Below are positions 12,915 to 23,889 of a DNA stretch of 41,183 nt, piece by piece. Where the stretch lies: assembly GCF_018977255.1 (NCBI RefSeq), contig NW_024705478.1:1-41183 (forward strand). Direction: 5' to 3'. The stretch comes from Callorhinchus milii (taxonomy: Eukaryota). The number at the start of each line of letters is the position of its first letter. The stretch's first letter is position 1. The notes below the pieces were generated by a model. The model saw only the letters and a program-made list of their open reading frames with translations, was not told where the DNA came from and searched no databases. A program made the position numbers and the translations under genes.

Positions 12915-14513
12915 CATTAAGGGAAAAAAGTATTTGATCCCCTGCTGATTTTGTACGTTTGCCCACTGACAAAGAAGTGATCAGTCTATAATTTGAACGG
13001 TAGGTTTATTTGAACAGTGAGAGACAGAATAACAACAACAAAATCCAAAAAAACGCATGTCAAAAATGTTATCAAGTGAATTGCATTTTAATGAGGGAAA
13101 TACGTATTTGACCCCCTCTCAATCATAAAGATTTCTGGCTCCCAGGTGTCTTTTATACAGGTAACGAGCTGAGATTAGGAGCACACTCTTAAAGGGAGTG
13201 CTCCTAATCTCAGCTTGTTACCTGTATAAAAGACACCTGTTCACAGAAACAATCAATTAGATTCCAAACTCTCCACCATGGCCAAGACCAAAGAGCTCTC
13301 CAAGGATGTCAGGGACAAGATTGTAGACCTACACAAGGCTGGAATGGGCTACAAGGCCATTGCCAAGCAGCTTGGTGAGAACGTGACAACAATTGGTGTG
13401 ATTATTCGCAAATGGAAGAAACACAAAAGAACTGTCATACTCCCTCGGCCTGGGGCTCCATGCAAGATGTCACCTCGTGGAGTTGCAATGATCATGAGAA
13501 CGGTGAGGAATCAGCCCAGAACTACACGGGAGGATCTTGTCAATGATCTCAAGGCAGCTGGGACCATAGTCACCAAGAAAACAGTTGGTAACACACTACG
13601 CTGTGAAGGACTGAAATCCTGTAGCACCCGCAAGGTCCCCCTGCTCAAGAAAGCACATATACATGCCCGTCTGAAGTTTGCCAATGAACATCTGAATGAT
13701 TCAGAGGACAACTGGGTGAAAGTGTTGTGGTCAGATGAGACCAAAATGGAGCTCTTTGGCATCAACTCAACTCGCCGTGTTTGGAGGAGGAGGAATGCTG
13801 CCTATGACCCCAAGAACACCATCCCCACCGTCAAACATGGAGGTGGAAACATTATGCTTTGGGGGTGTTTTTCTGATAAGGGGACAGGACAACTTCACCG
13901 CATCAAAGGGACGATGGACGGGGCCATGTACCGTCAAATCTTGGGTGAGAACCTCCTTCCCTCAGCCAGCGCATTGAAAATGGGTCGTGGATGGGTATTC
14001 TAGCATGACAATGACCCAAAACACACAGCCAAGGCAACAAAGGAGTGGCTCAAGAAGAAGCACATTAAGGTCCTGGAGTGGCCTAGCCAGTCTCCAGACC
14101 TTAATCCCATAGAAAATCTATGGAGGGAGCTGAAGGTTCGAGTTGCCAAACGTCAGCCTCGAAACCTTAATGACTTGGAGAAGATCTGCAAAGAGGAGTG
14201 GGACAAAATCCCTCCTGAGATGTGTGCAAACCTGGTGGCCAACTACAAGAAACGTCTGACCTCTGTGATTGCCAACAAGGGTTTTGCCACCAAGTACTGT
14301 CATGTTTTGCAGAGGGGTCAAATACTTATTTCCCTCATTAAAATGCAAATCAATTTATAAAAAATTTACATGCGTTTTTCTGGATTTTGTTGTTGTTATT
14401 CTGTCTCTCACTGTTCAAATAAACCTACCATTAAAATTATAGACTGATCATTTATTTGTCAGTGGGCAAACGTACAAAATCAGCAGGAGATCAAATACTT
14501 TTTTCCCTCACTG
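12915..14513 (+). mobile_element. Tc1-family DNA transposon, inactivated (copy 4)
   Basis: As copy 2; TAG at 14001-14003; left terminus reads CATT instead of CAGT. Confidence 0.97.
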
Positions 14514-14650
14514 TATGTATGTTGAATTTCTTTGTAACCGTACGTAGCCAACCTCGCTAATGGGAGGTGCGGCGGAAGGACAACAAACTAAAGACAACAG
14601 CAGCAGCAGCAGCTGTAACGAGAGGAGTGCCGTGCGCTGTGCACAGAGAC

Positions 14651-14727
14651 CTTGCGCTTGCTGGGAGCTGCCCTCGCGTGCGACTCTCCCACGGTGGCCC
14701 AGCGTGAAGCAGCCCCCTTGCCTCCTC
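14651..14727 (-). CDS. PRDM9: Predicted linker exon X (unit 4)
   Basis: 77 nt, GGKGAASRWATVGESHARAAPSKRK, AG/GT bounded. Confidence 0.5.
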
Positions 14728-14946
14728 CTGCGTGAGCACACGCACACACGTGAACACACGCACACACGTGATCACACGTGAACACACGTGAACACACGCA
14801 CGCACGCAGCCGAAACGTCGTGAGAATTATTTTATTTTATTATGTTTTATTTTTATTATTTTATTACTTCCCTTCTACGTGACTTTACCGAAAGAACCAA
14901 GAAGATGAAACCCAGCAGTCACGAAAGCTTTAAATCGAAATTTAAC

Positions 14947-16396
14947 CGGTGGGAATAGAGGGAGTGTGGAGTTCCGGTGAGAATAGAGGGGAGTGTGGAG
15001 TTCTGGTGAGAATAGAGGGGAGTGTGGAGTTCTGGTGGGAATAGAGGGGAGTGTGGATTCCGGTGAGAATAGAGGGGAGTGTGGAGTTCTGGTGAGAATA
15101 GAGGGAGTGTGGAGTTCTGGTGAGAATAGAGGGGAGTGTGGAGTTCCGGTGAGAATAGAGGGGAGTGTGGAGTTCTGGTGAGAATAGAGGGGAGTGTGGA
15201 GTTCGGGGGGAATAGAGGGGAGTGTGGATTCCGGTGAGAATAGAGGGAGCGTGGAGTTCTGAGAATAGAGGGAGTGTGGAGTTCTGGTGAGAATAGAGGG
15301 GAGTGTGGAGTTCCGGTGAGAATAGAGGGGAGTGTGGAGTTCTGGTGAGAATAGAGGGGAGTGTGGAGTTCTGGTGAGAATAGAGGGGAGTGTGGAGTTC
15401 CGGTGAGAATAGAGGGGAGTGTGGAGTTCCTGGGAGAATAGAGGGGAGTGTGGAGTTCGGTGAGAATAGAGGGGAGTGTGGAGTTCCGGGGAAATAGAGG
15501 GGAGTGTGGAGTTCGGTGAGAATAGAGGGGAGTGTGGAGTTCGGTGAGAATAGAGGGGAGTGTGGAGTTCCGGTGAGAATAGAGGGGAGTGTGGAGTTCT
15601 GGTGGAATAGAGGGGAGTGTGGAGTTCCGGTGAGAATAGAGGGGAGTGTGGAGTTCGGTGAGAATAGAGGGGAGTGTGGAGTTCCGGTGGAATAGAGGGG
15701 AGTGTGGAGTTCCGGTGAGAATAGAGGGGAGTGTGGAGTTCCGGTGAGAATAGAGGGGAGTGTGGAGTTCCGGTGGGAATAGAGGGGAGTGTGGAGTTCC
15801 GGTGAGAATAGAGGGGAGTGTGGAGTTCCGGTGGGAATAGAGGGGAGTGTGGAGTTCCGGTGAAATAGAGGGGAGTGTGGAGTTCCGGTGAGAATAGAGG
15901 GGAGTGTGGAGTTCCGGTGAGAATAGAGGGGAGTGTGGAGTTCTGGTGGGAATAGAGGGGAGTGTGGAGTTCCGGTGAGAATAGAGGGGAGTGTGGAGTT
16001 CCGGTGAGAATAGAGGGGAGTGTGGAGTTCTGGGAGAATAGAGGGGAGTGTGGAGTTCCGGTGAGAATAGAGGGGAGTTGGAGTGGGAGAATAGAGGGGA
16101 GTGTGGAGTTCCGGTGGGAATAGAGGGGAGTGTGGAGTTCGGTGGGAATAGAGGGGAGTGTGGAGTTCCGGTGAGAATAGAGGGGAGTGTGGAGTTCCGG
16201 TGGGAATAGAGGGGAGTGTGGAGTTCCGGTGAGAATAGAGGGGAGTGTGGAGTTCTGGTGGGAATAGAGGAGTGTGGAGTTCGGTGAGAATAGAGGGGAG
16301 TGTGGAGTTCTGGTGGGAATAGAGGGGAGTGTGGAGTTCCGGTGAGAATAGAGGGGAGTGTGGAGTTCCGTGAGAATAGAGGGGAGCGTGGAGTTG
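14947..16396 (+). repeat. 29-bp minisatellite, ~1.45 kb
   Basis: Same unit. Confidence 0.97.
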
Positions 16397-16433
16397 CGAT
16401 GTGGAATATAAATCACCGCTGCAGGCTACGCAC

Positions 16434-16630
16434 CTCCATGTATCCTCTGGAGCGCCACCCTCAGGGCCTCCTTGCAGGCGGTAGCTCTGCGCTCCAGCCT
16501 GAACATCGCCATCCTGGCCTTGTGCACCTCCCTCAGCTCAAATCCCCTGGACTCCTCCTCCTGCTGCTGCTGCTCCTCCTCCACGCCCTGCAAGATGCTC
16601 CACACGTACTCCAGGGCTTCGGCTTTTAGT
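16434..16630 (-). CDS. PRDM9: PRDM9-like copy B, predicted linker exon Y (unit 5; one extra base in a homopolymer run)
   Basis: Same sequence as the other exon Y copies but 197 nt instead of 196. This unit has many single-base indels. Confidence 0.5.
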
Positions 16631-16782
16631 CTGAGCGGAGGGGGGTGGTGGGGTGAGGGGGGGCAAAGTTTGTGCGGTGACCAGCGGTGGCTAGGAGATG
16701 TTAACTCCCTCGCCTGGTACGTAGGAAGTCGCGGGTTCGATCTCCACCCTGACACCTCATCGGATTCCTCTAGTACAGTATA

Positions 16783-18298
16783 CAGTAAGGGAAAAAGTAT
16801 TTGATCCCCTGCTGATTTTGTACGTTTGCCCACTGACAAAGAAGTGATCAGTCTATAATTTGAACGGTAGGTTTATTTGAACAGTGAGAGACAGAATAAC
16901 AACAACAAAATCCAAAAAAACGCATGTCAAAAATGTTATCAAGTGAATTGCATTTTAATGAGGGAAATACGTATTTGACCCCCTCTCAATCATAAAGATT
17001 TCTGGCTCCCAGGGTGTCTTTTATACAGGTAACGAGCTGAGATTAGGAGCACACTCTTAAAGGGAGTGCTCCTAATCTCAGCTTGTTACCTGTATAAAAG
17101 ACACCTGTTCACAGAAACAATCAATTAGATTCCAAACTCTCCACCATGGCCAAGACCAAAGAGCTCTCCAAGGATGTCAGGGACAAGATTGTAGACCTAC
17201 ACAGGCTGGAATGGGGCTACAAGGCCATTGCCAAGCAGCTTGGTGAGAACGTGACAACAATTGGTGTGATTATTCGCAAATGGAAGAAACACAAAAGAAC
17301 TGTCATACTCCCTCGGCCTGGGGCTCCATGCAAGATGTCACCTCGTGGAGTTGCAATGATCATGAGAACGGTGAGGAATTCAGCCCAGAACTACACGGGA
17401 GGATCTTGTCCAATGATCTCAAGGCAGCTGGGACCATAGTCACCAAGAAAACAGTTGGTAAACACACTACGCTGTGAAGGACTGAATCCTGTAGCGCCCG
17501 CAAGGTCCCCCTGCTCAAGAAAGCACATATACATGCCCGTCTGAAGTTTGCCAATGAACATCTGAATGATTCAGAGGACAACTGGGTGAAAGTGTTGTGG
17601 TCAGATGAGACCAAAATGGAGCTCTTTGGCATCAACTCAACTCGCCGTGTTTGGAGGAGGAGGAATGCTGCCTATGACCCCAAGAACACCATCCCACCGT
17701 CAAACATGGGAGGTGGAAACATTATGCTTTGGGGGTGTTTTTCTGATAAGGGGACAGGACAACTTCACCGCATCAAAGGGACGATGGACGGGGCCATGTA
17801 CCGTCAAATCTTGGGTGAGAACCTCCTTCCCTCAGCCAGCGCATTTGAAAATGGGTCGTGGATGGGTATTCTAGCATGACAATGACCCAAAACACACAGC
17901 CAAGGCAACAAAGGAGTGGCTCAAGAAGAAGCACATTAAGGTCCTGGAGTGGCCTAGCCAGTCTCCAGACCTTAATCCCATAGAAAATCTATGGAGGGAG
18001 CTGAAGGTTCGAGTTGCCAAACGTCAGCCTCGAAACCTTAATGACTTGGAGAAGATCTGCAAAGAGGAGTGGGACAAAATCCCTCCTGAGATGTGTTGCC
18101 AAACCTTGGTGGCCTCATTTAAAGATGCAAAATACATTCTATTACAACAAATTTACATGCGTTTTTCTGGATTTTTGTTGTTGTTATTCTGTCTCTACTG
18201 TTCAAATAAACCTACCATTAAATTATAGACTGATCATTTATTTGCCAGTGGGCAACGTACAAAATCAGCAGGAGATCAAATACTTTTTTCCCTCACTG
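16783..18298 (+). mobile_element. Tc1-family DNA transposon, inactivated (copy 5)
   Basis: Same TAG (17872-17874), many 1-nt indels and a ~90-bp loss near 18100-18130. Confidence 0.95.
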
Positions 18299-18434
18299 TA
18301 TGTATGTTGAATTTCTTTGTAACCGTACGTAGCCAACCTCGCTAATGGGAGGTGCGGCGGAAGGACAACAACTAAAGACAACAGCAGCAGCAGCAGCTGT
18401 AACGAGAGGAGTGCCGTGCGCTGTGCACAGAGAC

Positions 18435-18511
18435 CTTGCGCTTGCTGGGAGCTGCCCTCACGTGCGACTCTCCCACGGTGGCCCAGCGTGAAGCAGCCCC
18501 CTTGCCTCCTC
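18435..18511 (-). CDS. PRDM9: PRDM9-like copy B, predicted linker exon X (unit 5)
   Basis: cacgcag| acceptor; 77 nt GGKGAASRWATVGESHVRAAPSKRK; weak AAG|GTCTCT donor. Phases fit both neighbours and a homolog lies in copy A at 40094-40169. Confidence 0.55.
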
Positions 18512-18580
18512 CTGCGTGAGCCACGCAACGTGACACACGCACAAGTGATCAACGGAACACACGTGAACACACGCACGCAC

Positions 18581-19024
18581 GCAGCCGAAACGTCGTGAGA
18601 ATTATTTTATTTTATTATGTTTTATTTTTTATTATTTTATTACTTCCCTTCTACGTGACTTTACCGAAAGAACCAAGAAGATGAAACCAGCAGTCACGAA
18701 AGCTTTAAATCGAAATTTAACCGCCTCTACGGGGAGGGTTTCCACATAACTTTGAGATCCTTCAACAAGCTCCGTGATAAGAAGGCTCAGCTAATCGAGT
18801 CTCTCACCTTTCTGAAGAGATGCCGCGACTCTAAGGTAATACCAAACGCGCTGTAACTTCATTCTTCACCTGAAGACGGCTGCTTGCGTTGTAGCCGAAA
18901 CGTCGTGAGAATTATTTATTTTATTATGTTTTATTTTTATTATTTTATTACTTCCCTTCTACGTGACTTTACCGAAAGAACCAAGAAGATGAATCCTGCA
19001 GTCACGAAAGCTTTAAATCGAAAT
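18581..19024 (+). mobile_element. Penelope-like element fragment: pLTR, ORF N-terminus, pLTR
   Basis: Two copies of the pLTR (GCCGAAACGTCGTGAGAATT...CACGAAAGCTTTAAATCGAAAT) flank SHESFKSKFNRLYGEGFHITLRSFNKLRDKKAQLIESLTFLKRCRDSKVIPN, which resembles PLE ORF N-termini. Confidence 0.75.
18862..18911 (+). ncRNA. Minimal type I hammerhead ribozyme motif in PLE pLTR
   Basis: tcac-CTGAAGA-c-ggctgc/ttgcgtt/gtagcc-GAAA-C-GTC-gtga: core boxes, stem I tcac/gtga, stem II, palindromic ACGT helix III. Confidence 0.75.
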
Positions 19025-19406
19025 CTACAGGGGGTCTCTGTGCGAGTCTACAGGGGGTCTCTGCGTGAGTCTACAGGGGGTCTCTGCGTGAGTCTACAGG
19101 GGGTCTCTGTGCGAGTCTACAGGGGTTTCTGTGTGAGTCTACAGGGGGGTCTCTGCGTGAGTCTACAGGGTGTCTCTGAGTGAGTCTACAGGGGTCTCTG
19201 TGTGAGTCTACAGGGGGTCTCTGTGTGAGTCTACAGAGGGTTTCTGCGTGAATCTACAGAGGGTCTCTGCGTCAGTCTACAGGGGGTCTCTGCGTCAGTC
19301 TCCAGGGGTTGTCTGTGTGAGTCTACAGGGGTCTCTGCGTGAGTCTACAGGGGGTCTCTGTGTGAGTCTACAGGGGGTCTCTGTGTGAGTCTACAGGGGG
19401 TCTCTG
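19022..19406 (+). repeat. ~23-bp minisatellite
   Basis: (GAGTCTACAGGGGGTCTCTGYGT)n. Confidence 0.92.
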
Positions 19407-19430
19407 CACGGTCTGCAAGCGCCCTTTTAC

Positions 19431-19592
19431 GTTTGCCTCCTCTTCGTCCTCCGTGCATCGCCACCTCCTTCCTCTTCCTCCTCCCCGTCCACTCCTCGTC
19501 GGAGTCGCTCGACCGCCCGCACTCCGCTCCATTCCCCCTCACCCTGCGCTTGCCACGTGCGCGCATGAACTCGGGCTGGGCCGGGTTCATCC
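19431..19592 (-). CDS. PRDM9: PRDM9-like copy B, post-KRAB exon (P.FM / DSDEEWT)
   Basis: cag| acceptor, then (G)MNPAQPEFMRARGKRRVRGNGAECGRSSDSDEEWTGRRKRKEVAMHGGRRGGK. P.FM and DSDEEWT match the exon after KRAB in mammalian PRDM9. Phase 1-1 with donor C|GTAAAA (donor position inferred). Confidence 0.82.
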
Positions 19593-20047
19593 CTGCGCAA
19601 GAAGGCAGTCGGTCATTGTTATTTGTACGTATTGGCGGTACACCGGTGCAGCATAGCAACACACCGGGTCCTCGTAACACAGTCCTGACGATGTGATTAT
19701 TATCAGAGCGTGTTTGTTTGCGTGATCACCACAAGTACGCGTGGTTAATGCAGTAACTTGATTCCTTGCAAAAGGAATAATCTATCTGGTGTTTGAACAT
19801 CTTATCGCCTCCTGTTTTATTGCCAGAAAGGGTAAAACCGATTCTTATTTTTCATACTTTGATTCTGGCAAAAAGGTCCCATGATATAGCTGCTCACCCC
19901 GAGCTATAGATGCTCTTGACACTGCATTGTCTTTGTACCGGTCGCCTTTTGGTGTTGTTCTCTGGTCTGACACTGGTGAGACTAGGCCATGAAGAAGGCT
20001 GTCTCTGGGGTAGACCAATCAGTTTCAAAGACAATGATTAAATATTA

Positions 20048-20548
20048 TCAAATACGTTAAACGCGTGATGTTGATTCTACATGTGGAGCGAAAACCCGGA
20101 GGACCGGGAGAAAAATCATCGCGACCACGGGGAGAGTGAACATGCAAACTCCAAATACACAGCAGGCGTCAGGGTCAGGATCGAACACACGACCTCCTGT
20201 AGACCAGGAAAGGGAATTCACATCTCACCGGGGAGAGACACACGCAGACTCCAGATATATGACAGGCTTCGTCAGCGTCGGCATCGAAACCACGACCTCC
20301 TGTAGACTAGGCGAGGTAGTTAACATCTCACCCGGGAGAGACACACGCAGACTCCAGATATATGACAGGCATCGTCAGGGTCTCCATCGAACCCACGACC
20401 TCCTGTAGACCAGGCGAGGTAGTTAACATCTCACCGGGGAGAGACACACGCAGACTCCAGATATATGACAGGCATCGTCAGGGTTGGCATCGAACCCACG
20501 ACCTCCTGTAGACCATGAGAGGGAGTTAACATCTCGCCACCATGGCGG
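20048..20548 (-). mobile_element. V-domain tRNA-derived SINE with head repeated about four times
   Basis: Reverse complement contains GGAGTTTGCATGTTC..TCTCCCCGTG...CTCCCGGTCCTCCGGGTTTT (V-SINE-like core); ~103-bp head units with GGGTTCGATG B-box. Confidence 0.7.
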
Positions 20549-20599
20549 TCCATGCATGCCACGCTGCTACGACGTTTTGGTCTCATCATTATAATTACT

Positions 20600-21280
20600 A
20601 ACACGGTAGAACGAACACCTCAGCCGTGGCAGACCATTGTTATAATTCAGTGGGCTCACATGACATTGACTTCTCCAAGACAGAGGTTCTCTGCAAGCCA
20701 TCCGGCTACTATGAGAGATTCGTTCATGAGGCCATCCACATATACAAACACAGAGACAATTTCAACTGAGAAGATGGACTCTGGCTCAGCAATCATTGGA
20801 AGGACGTAATAAACCATTTCGGATCTTAACTGATTGTGTTCACGTTTTCTCCTCACGAAATGGAGTCTTTGCTCCGCTGCAAGTCTCCTTCTACCACTCT
20901 CCCATTGATATATTTCGTTGCTTCCTCTTCGTACCTTTCACGCGACGGTCAATGAGATGGTGTATAGCAGATTGTATAATAATAAATAGTATAACAGTGT
21001 AATGTCTAATATAATGTATAAGGTAATATATAGTATCGTAATTGTATAGTGAATATACAGCAGTGTGGTATACAGTAGGGTGTGTAGAATAATACATAGT
21101 CTAATATTACAATGCATAGTCTAAGGTAGTGTATAGTAACGCAGTGTATAATTCAATGTTGGGTTTGTCTATGGCAGTGTATAGTACGGGGTATATGCGT
21201 GTGATGTAAGAAAAAAGTTTAGCTGGAGGCATATTATTTTTTTGCGACATAGAAGTGTAATGTATAACTTACTGTTAGTA
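20600..21280 (+). mobile_element. Penelope-like element 3' fragment (endonuclease C-terminus and 3' region)
   Basis: GRTNTSAVADHCYNSVGSHDIDFSKTEVLCKPSGYYERFVHEAIHIYKHRDNFN*EDGLWLSNHWKDVINHF, typical of the PLE GIY-YIG domain tail. Confidence 0.8.
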
Positions 21281-21284
21281 TTTT

Positions 21285-22228
21285 TCGATTTAAAGCTTTC
21301 GTGACTGCAGGGATTCATCTTCTTGGTTCTTTGGTAAAGTCACGTAGAAGGGAAGTAATAAAATAATAAAAATAAAACATAATAAAACAATTCTCACGAC
21401 GTTTCGGCCACAACGCAAAGCAGCCGTCCTCAGGTGAAGAATGAGACAATGCCAAGCTAGGAGCTTATATATAAGCTGCGTTGGAGGTGGAAGAAGAAGC
21501 GCCTTAACAAAAGAATGTGCATATGAAGAGGAATTTAGCATATACATGGAAATGCGTAGGAGGTGGGCGGGGGGGTTTCAAAGTCATATTATGCCCATGC
21601 ATTATGCAGGATCAACAGCACCAAGGGGGGGGTGCAGGGATTAGCAGTAACAAAGGAAAGGAATGTTAATGATATGTAGCTGCAGTTACTCAACAACCAC
21701 GTAGAAAACTAAAGTATAAACTACATAAAAAACTAAAGTATAAATTGCATAGCACCATCAGTATACTTACTATACTCTACACTAAGCTGAGTTACTAACA
21801 ACAAGTAATACATTACAATTCTACGTCGTAAAAATTATATAATATGCTTCCATCTAAACTTTATTCTATTGTATCACACGAGCATATATACCGTACTAAT
21901 ATACTGCCAACATTAATTATATACTGTATTGCTGTAAACCAACCTATACCTTATACATTTAATATAACACTATGATTATTCTACCCACCCTAATGTGTGT
22001 CGAAATGGTTTATTACGTCCTTCCAATGATTGCTAAGCCAGAATCCATCTTCTCGGTTAAATTGTCTCTGTGTTTGTATATGTGGATCGCCTCATGAACG
22101 AAAATCTCTCATGATAGCCAGATGGCTTGCAGAGAACCTCTGTCTTGAGAGAAGTCAATATCATGTGAGCCCACTGAGTTGTAACAGTGATCTTGCCACG
22201 GCTGAGGTGTTTGTCCTACCGTGTTTCA
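21285..22228 (-). mobile_element. Penelope-like element 3' fragment, opposite orientation
   Basis: 22001-22227 is a diverged reverse complement of 20600-20820; it continues through the 3' region to a pLTR at 21285-21560. Confidence 0.8.
21391..21440 (-). ncRNA. Minimal hammerhead ribozyme motif in PLE pLTR
   Basis: Reverse complement reads tcac-CTGAGGA-cggctgc...gtggcc-GAAACGTC-gtga. Confidence 0.72.
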
Positions 22229-22533
22229 GGTCAGCTTTATTTTACTGTTAGTACCTCAGCTTATTGGAGAGTATATTGAGTATATTGATTACATTGATGT
22301 ATTTTATATTTTAGTTTTTTATCGGTTCACTATATGATATCATTATATAGTGTAGCGTATACCCAGTTACTTAATGTTAATAGCTCAGCTTATTGGAGAG
22401 TATATTGAGCACATTGATTACACTGTGTCAACAAAAAAAAGATTTCTGGCCTGGACTTTTGCAGCTGTTTTAGACTAGTTTCAGGGTGCCGATTCCAAAT
22501 CTGATCTCAGATTTGCTTCTATCACTCATTTTT

Positions 22534-23889
22534 AAATCCTTTATATTAAGTTCGTGTTTGCGTGCTTGCTTGCTTGCTTAGGACCGTGCAAATCTTTCGG
22601 TCGTTTTTTAAACCACTTCCCGTGATCCAATCGAGCTGACATTTTCCACACAGACTCGTTGTGCCAGACAATTATTGTTCGTGAAAAAAAATTCCCAAAA
22701 TGTTACACTTTTTAGGCAAAAAAAAAAAATATTTACATATATTCAAATAGAACTCATTCATGGCTTTGGCTGAACGTCAGAGTGTAAGAGCCCAGAGCGT
22801 AACCCCTCCACAGGCCGTGGCGGAGTAGCGCAGTTGGTAGCGCCCTCGCTTCCCATGCCAAAGGTCGCGGGATCGATCCCCGCGTCCTCCACAGGCGAAT
22901 ATATTTTTAAATCCTTTATATTAAGTTCGCTGCCACGCATATAAAGGATTTATAGTGAAAAACTTTGTTTTTACGGGTTATACTTATTTAAATCCTTTAT
23001 ATTAAGTTCGCGTGCCTTGCTTGCTTGCTTAGGACCGTGCAAATCTTTCGGTCGTTTTTTAACCCACTTCCCGTGATCCAATCGAGCTGACATTTTCCAC
23101 ACAGACTCGTTGTGCCAGACAATTATTGTTCGTGAAAAAAAATTCCCAAAATGTTACACTTTTTAGGCAAAAAAAAATATTTTACATATATTCAATAGAA
23201 CTAATTCATGGCTTTGGCTGAACGTCAGAGTGTAAGAGCCAGAGCGTAACCCCTCCACAGGCCGTGGCGGAGTAGCGCAGTTGGTAGCGCCCTCGCTTCC
23301 CATGCCAAAGGTCGCGGGATCGATCCCCGCGTCCTCCACAGGCGAATATATTTTTAAATCCTTTATATTAAGTTCGCTGCCACGCATATAAAGGATTTAT
23401 AGTGAAAAACTTTGTTTTTACGGGTTATACTTATTTAAATCCTTTATATTAAGTTCGCTGCTTGCGTGCTTGCTTGCTTGCTTAGGACCGTGCAAATCTT
23501 TCGGTCGTTTTTTAACCCACTTCCCGTGATCCAATCGAGCTGACATTTTCCACACAGACTCGTTGTGCCAGACAATTATTGTTCGTGAAAAAAAATTCCC
23601 AAAATTTTACACTTTTTAGGCAAAAAAAAATATTTTACATATATTCAAATAGAACGCATTCATGGCTTTGGCTGAACGTCAGAGTGTAAGAGCCCAGAGC
23701 GTAACCCCTCCACAGGCCGTGGCGGAGTAGCGCAGTTGGTAGCGCCCTCGCTTCCCATGCCAAAGGTCGCGGGATCGATCCCCGCGTCCTCCACAGGCGA
23801 ATATATTTTTAAATCCTTTATATTAAGTTCGCTGCCACGCATATAAAGGATTTATAGTGAAAAACTTTGTTTTTACGGGTTATACTTAT
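22534..23889 (+). mobile_element. Three tandem ~450-bp Helentron-associated (HINE/DINE-like) units
   Basis: Each unit has subterminal inverted repeats AAATCCTTTATAT / ATATAAAGGATTT, a (TGCT)n microsatellite near the 5' end and a 3' hairpin AAAAAC-TTT-GTTTTT. Units start at about 22534, 22990 and 23437. Confidence 0.6.
22819..22891 (+). pseudogene. tRNA-Ala-derived pseudo-tRNA (also at 23266-23338 and 23721-23793)
   Basis: GGCGGAGTAGCGCAGTTGGTAGCGCCCTCGCTTCCCATGCCAAAGGTCGCGGGATCGATCCCCGCGTCCTCCA has tRNA-Ala hallmarks (CTCGCTT.ATGC, GGGATCGAT T-loop) but mismatched acceptor and anticodon stems. Confidence 0.7.

Larger units (their letters stand above)
1..18723. repeat. Tandem segmental array, at least 5 units of about 3.5-4.5 kb
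   Basis: Unit = 29-bp minisatellite, exon Y, SINE head, Tc1, exon X, truncated Penelope pLTR. The same junction recurs at about 2739, 6247, 10445 and 14947. Confidence 0.97.

Noticed and set aside
2739..16396. 29-bp repeats as a CRISPR array
   Set aside because: Units are contiguous with no unique spacers, there are no cas genes and the context is eukaryotic.
2711..16416. Long Pro/Ser/His-rich minus-strand ORFs (380, 624, 725 and 513 aa)
   Set aside because: They are translations of the 29-bp minisatellite, whose C-rich strand lacks stop codons; the peptide cycles through three frames.
22819..23793. Functional tRNA-Gly(CCC) genes
   Set aside because: The body is tRNA-Ala-like, acceptor and anticodon stems are mismatched, and the copies sit inside a repeat unit.
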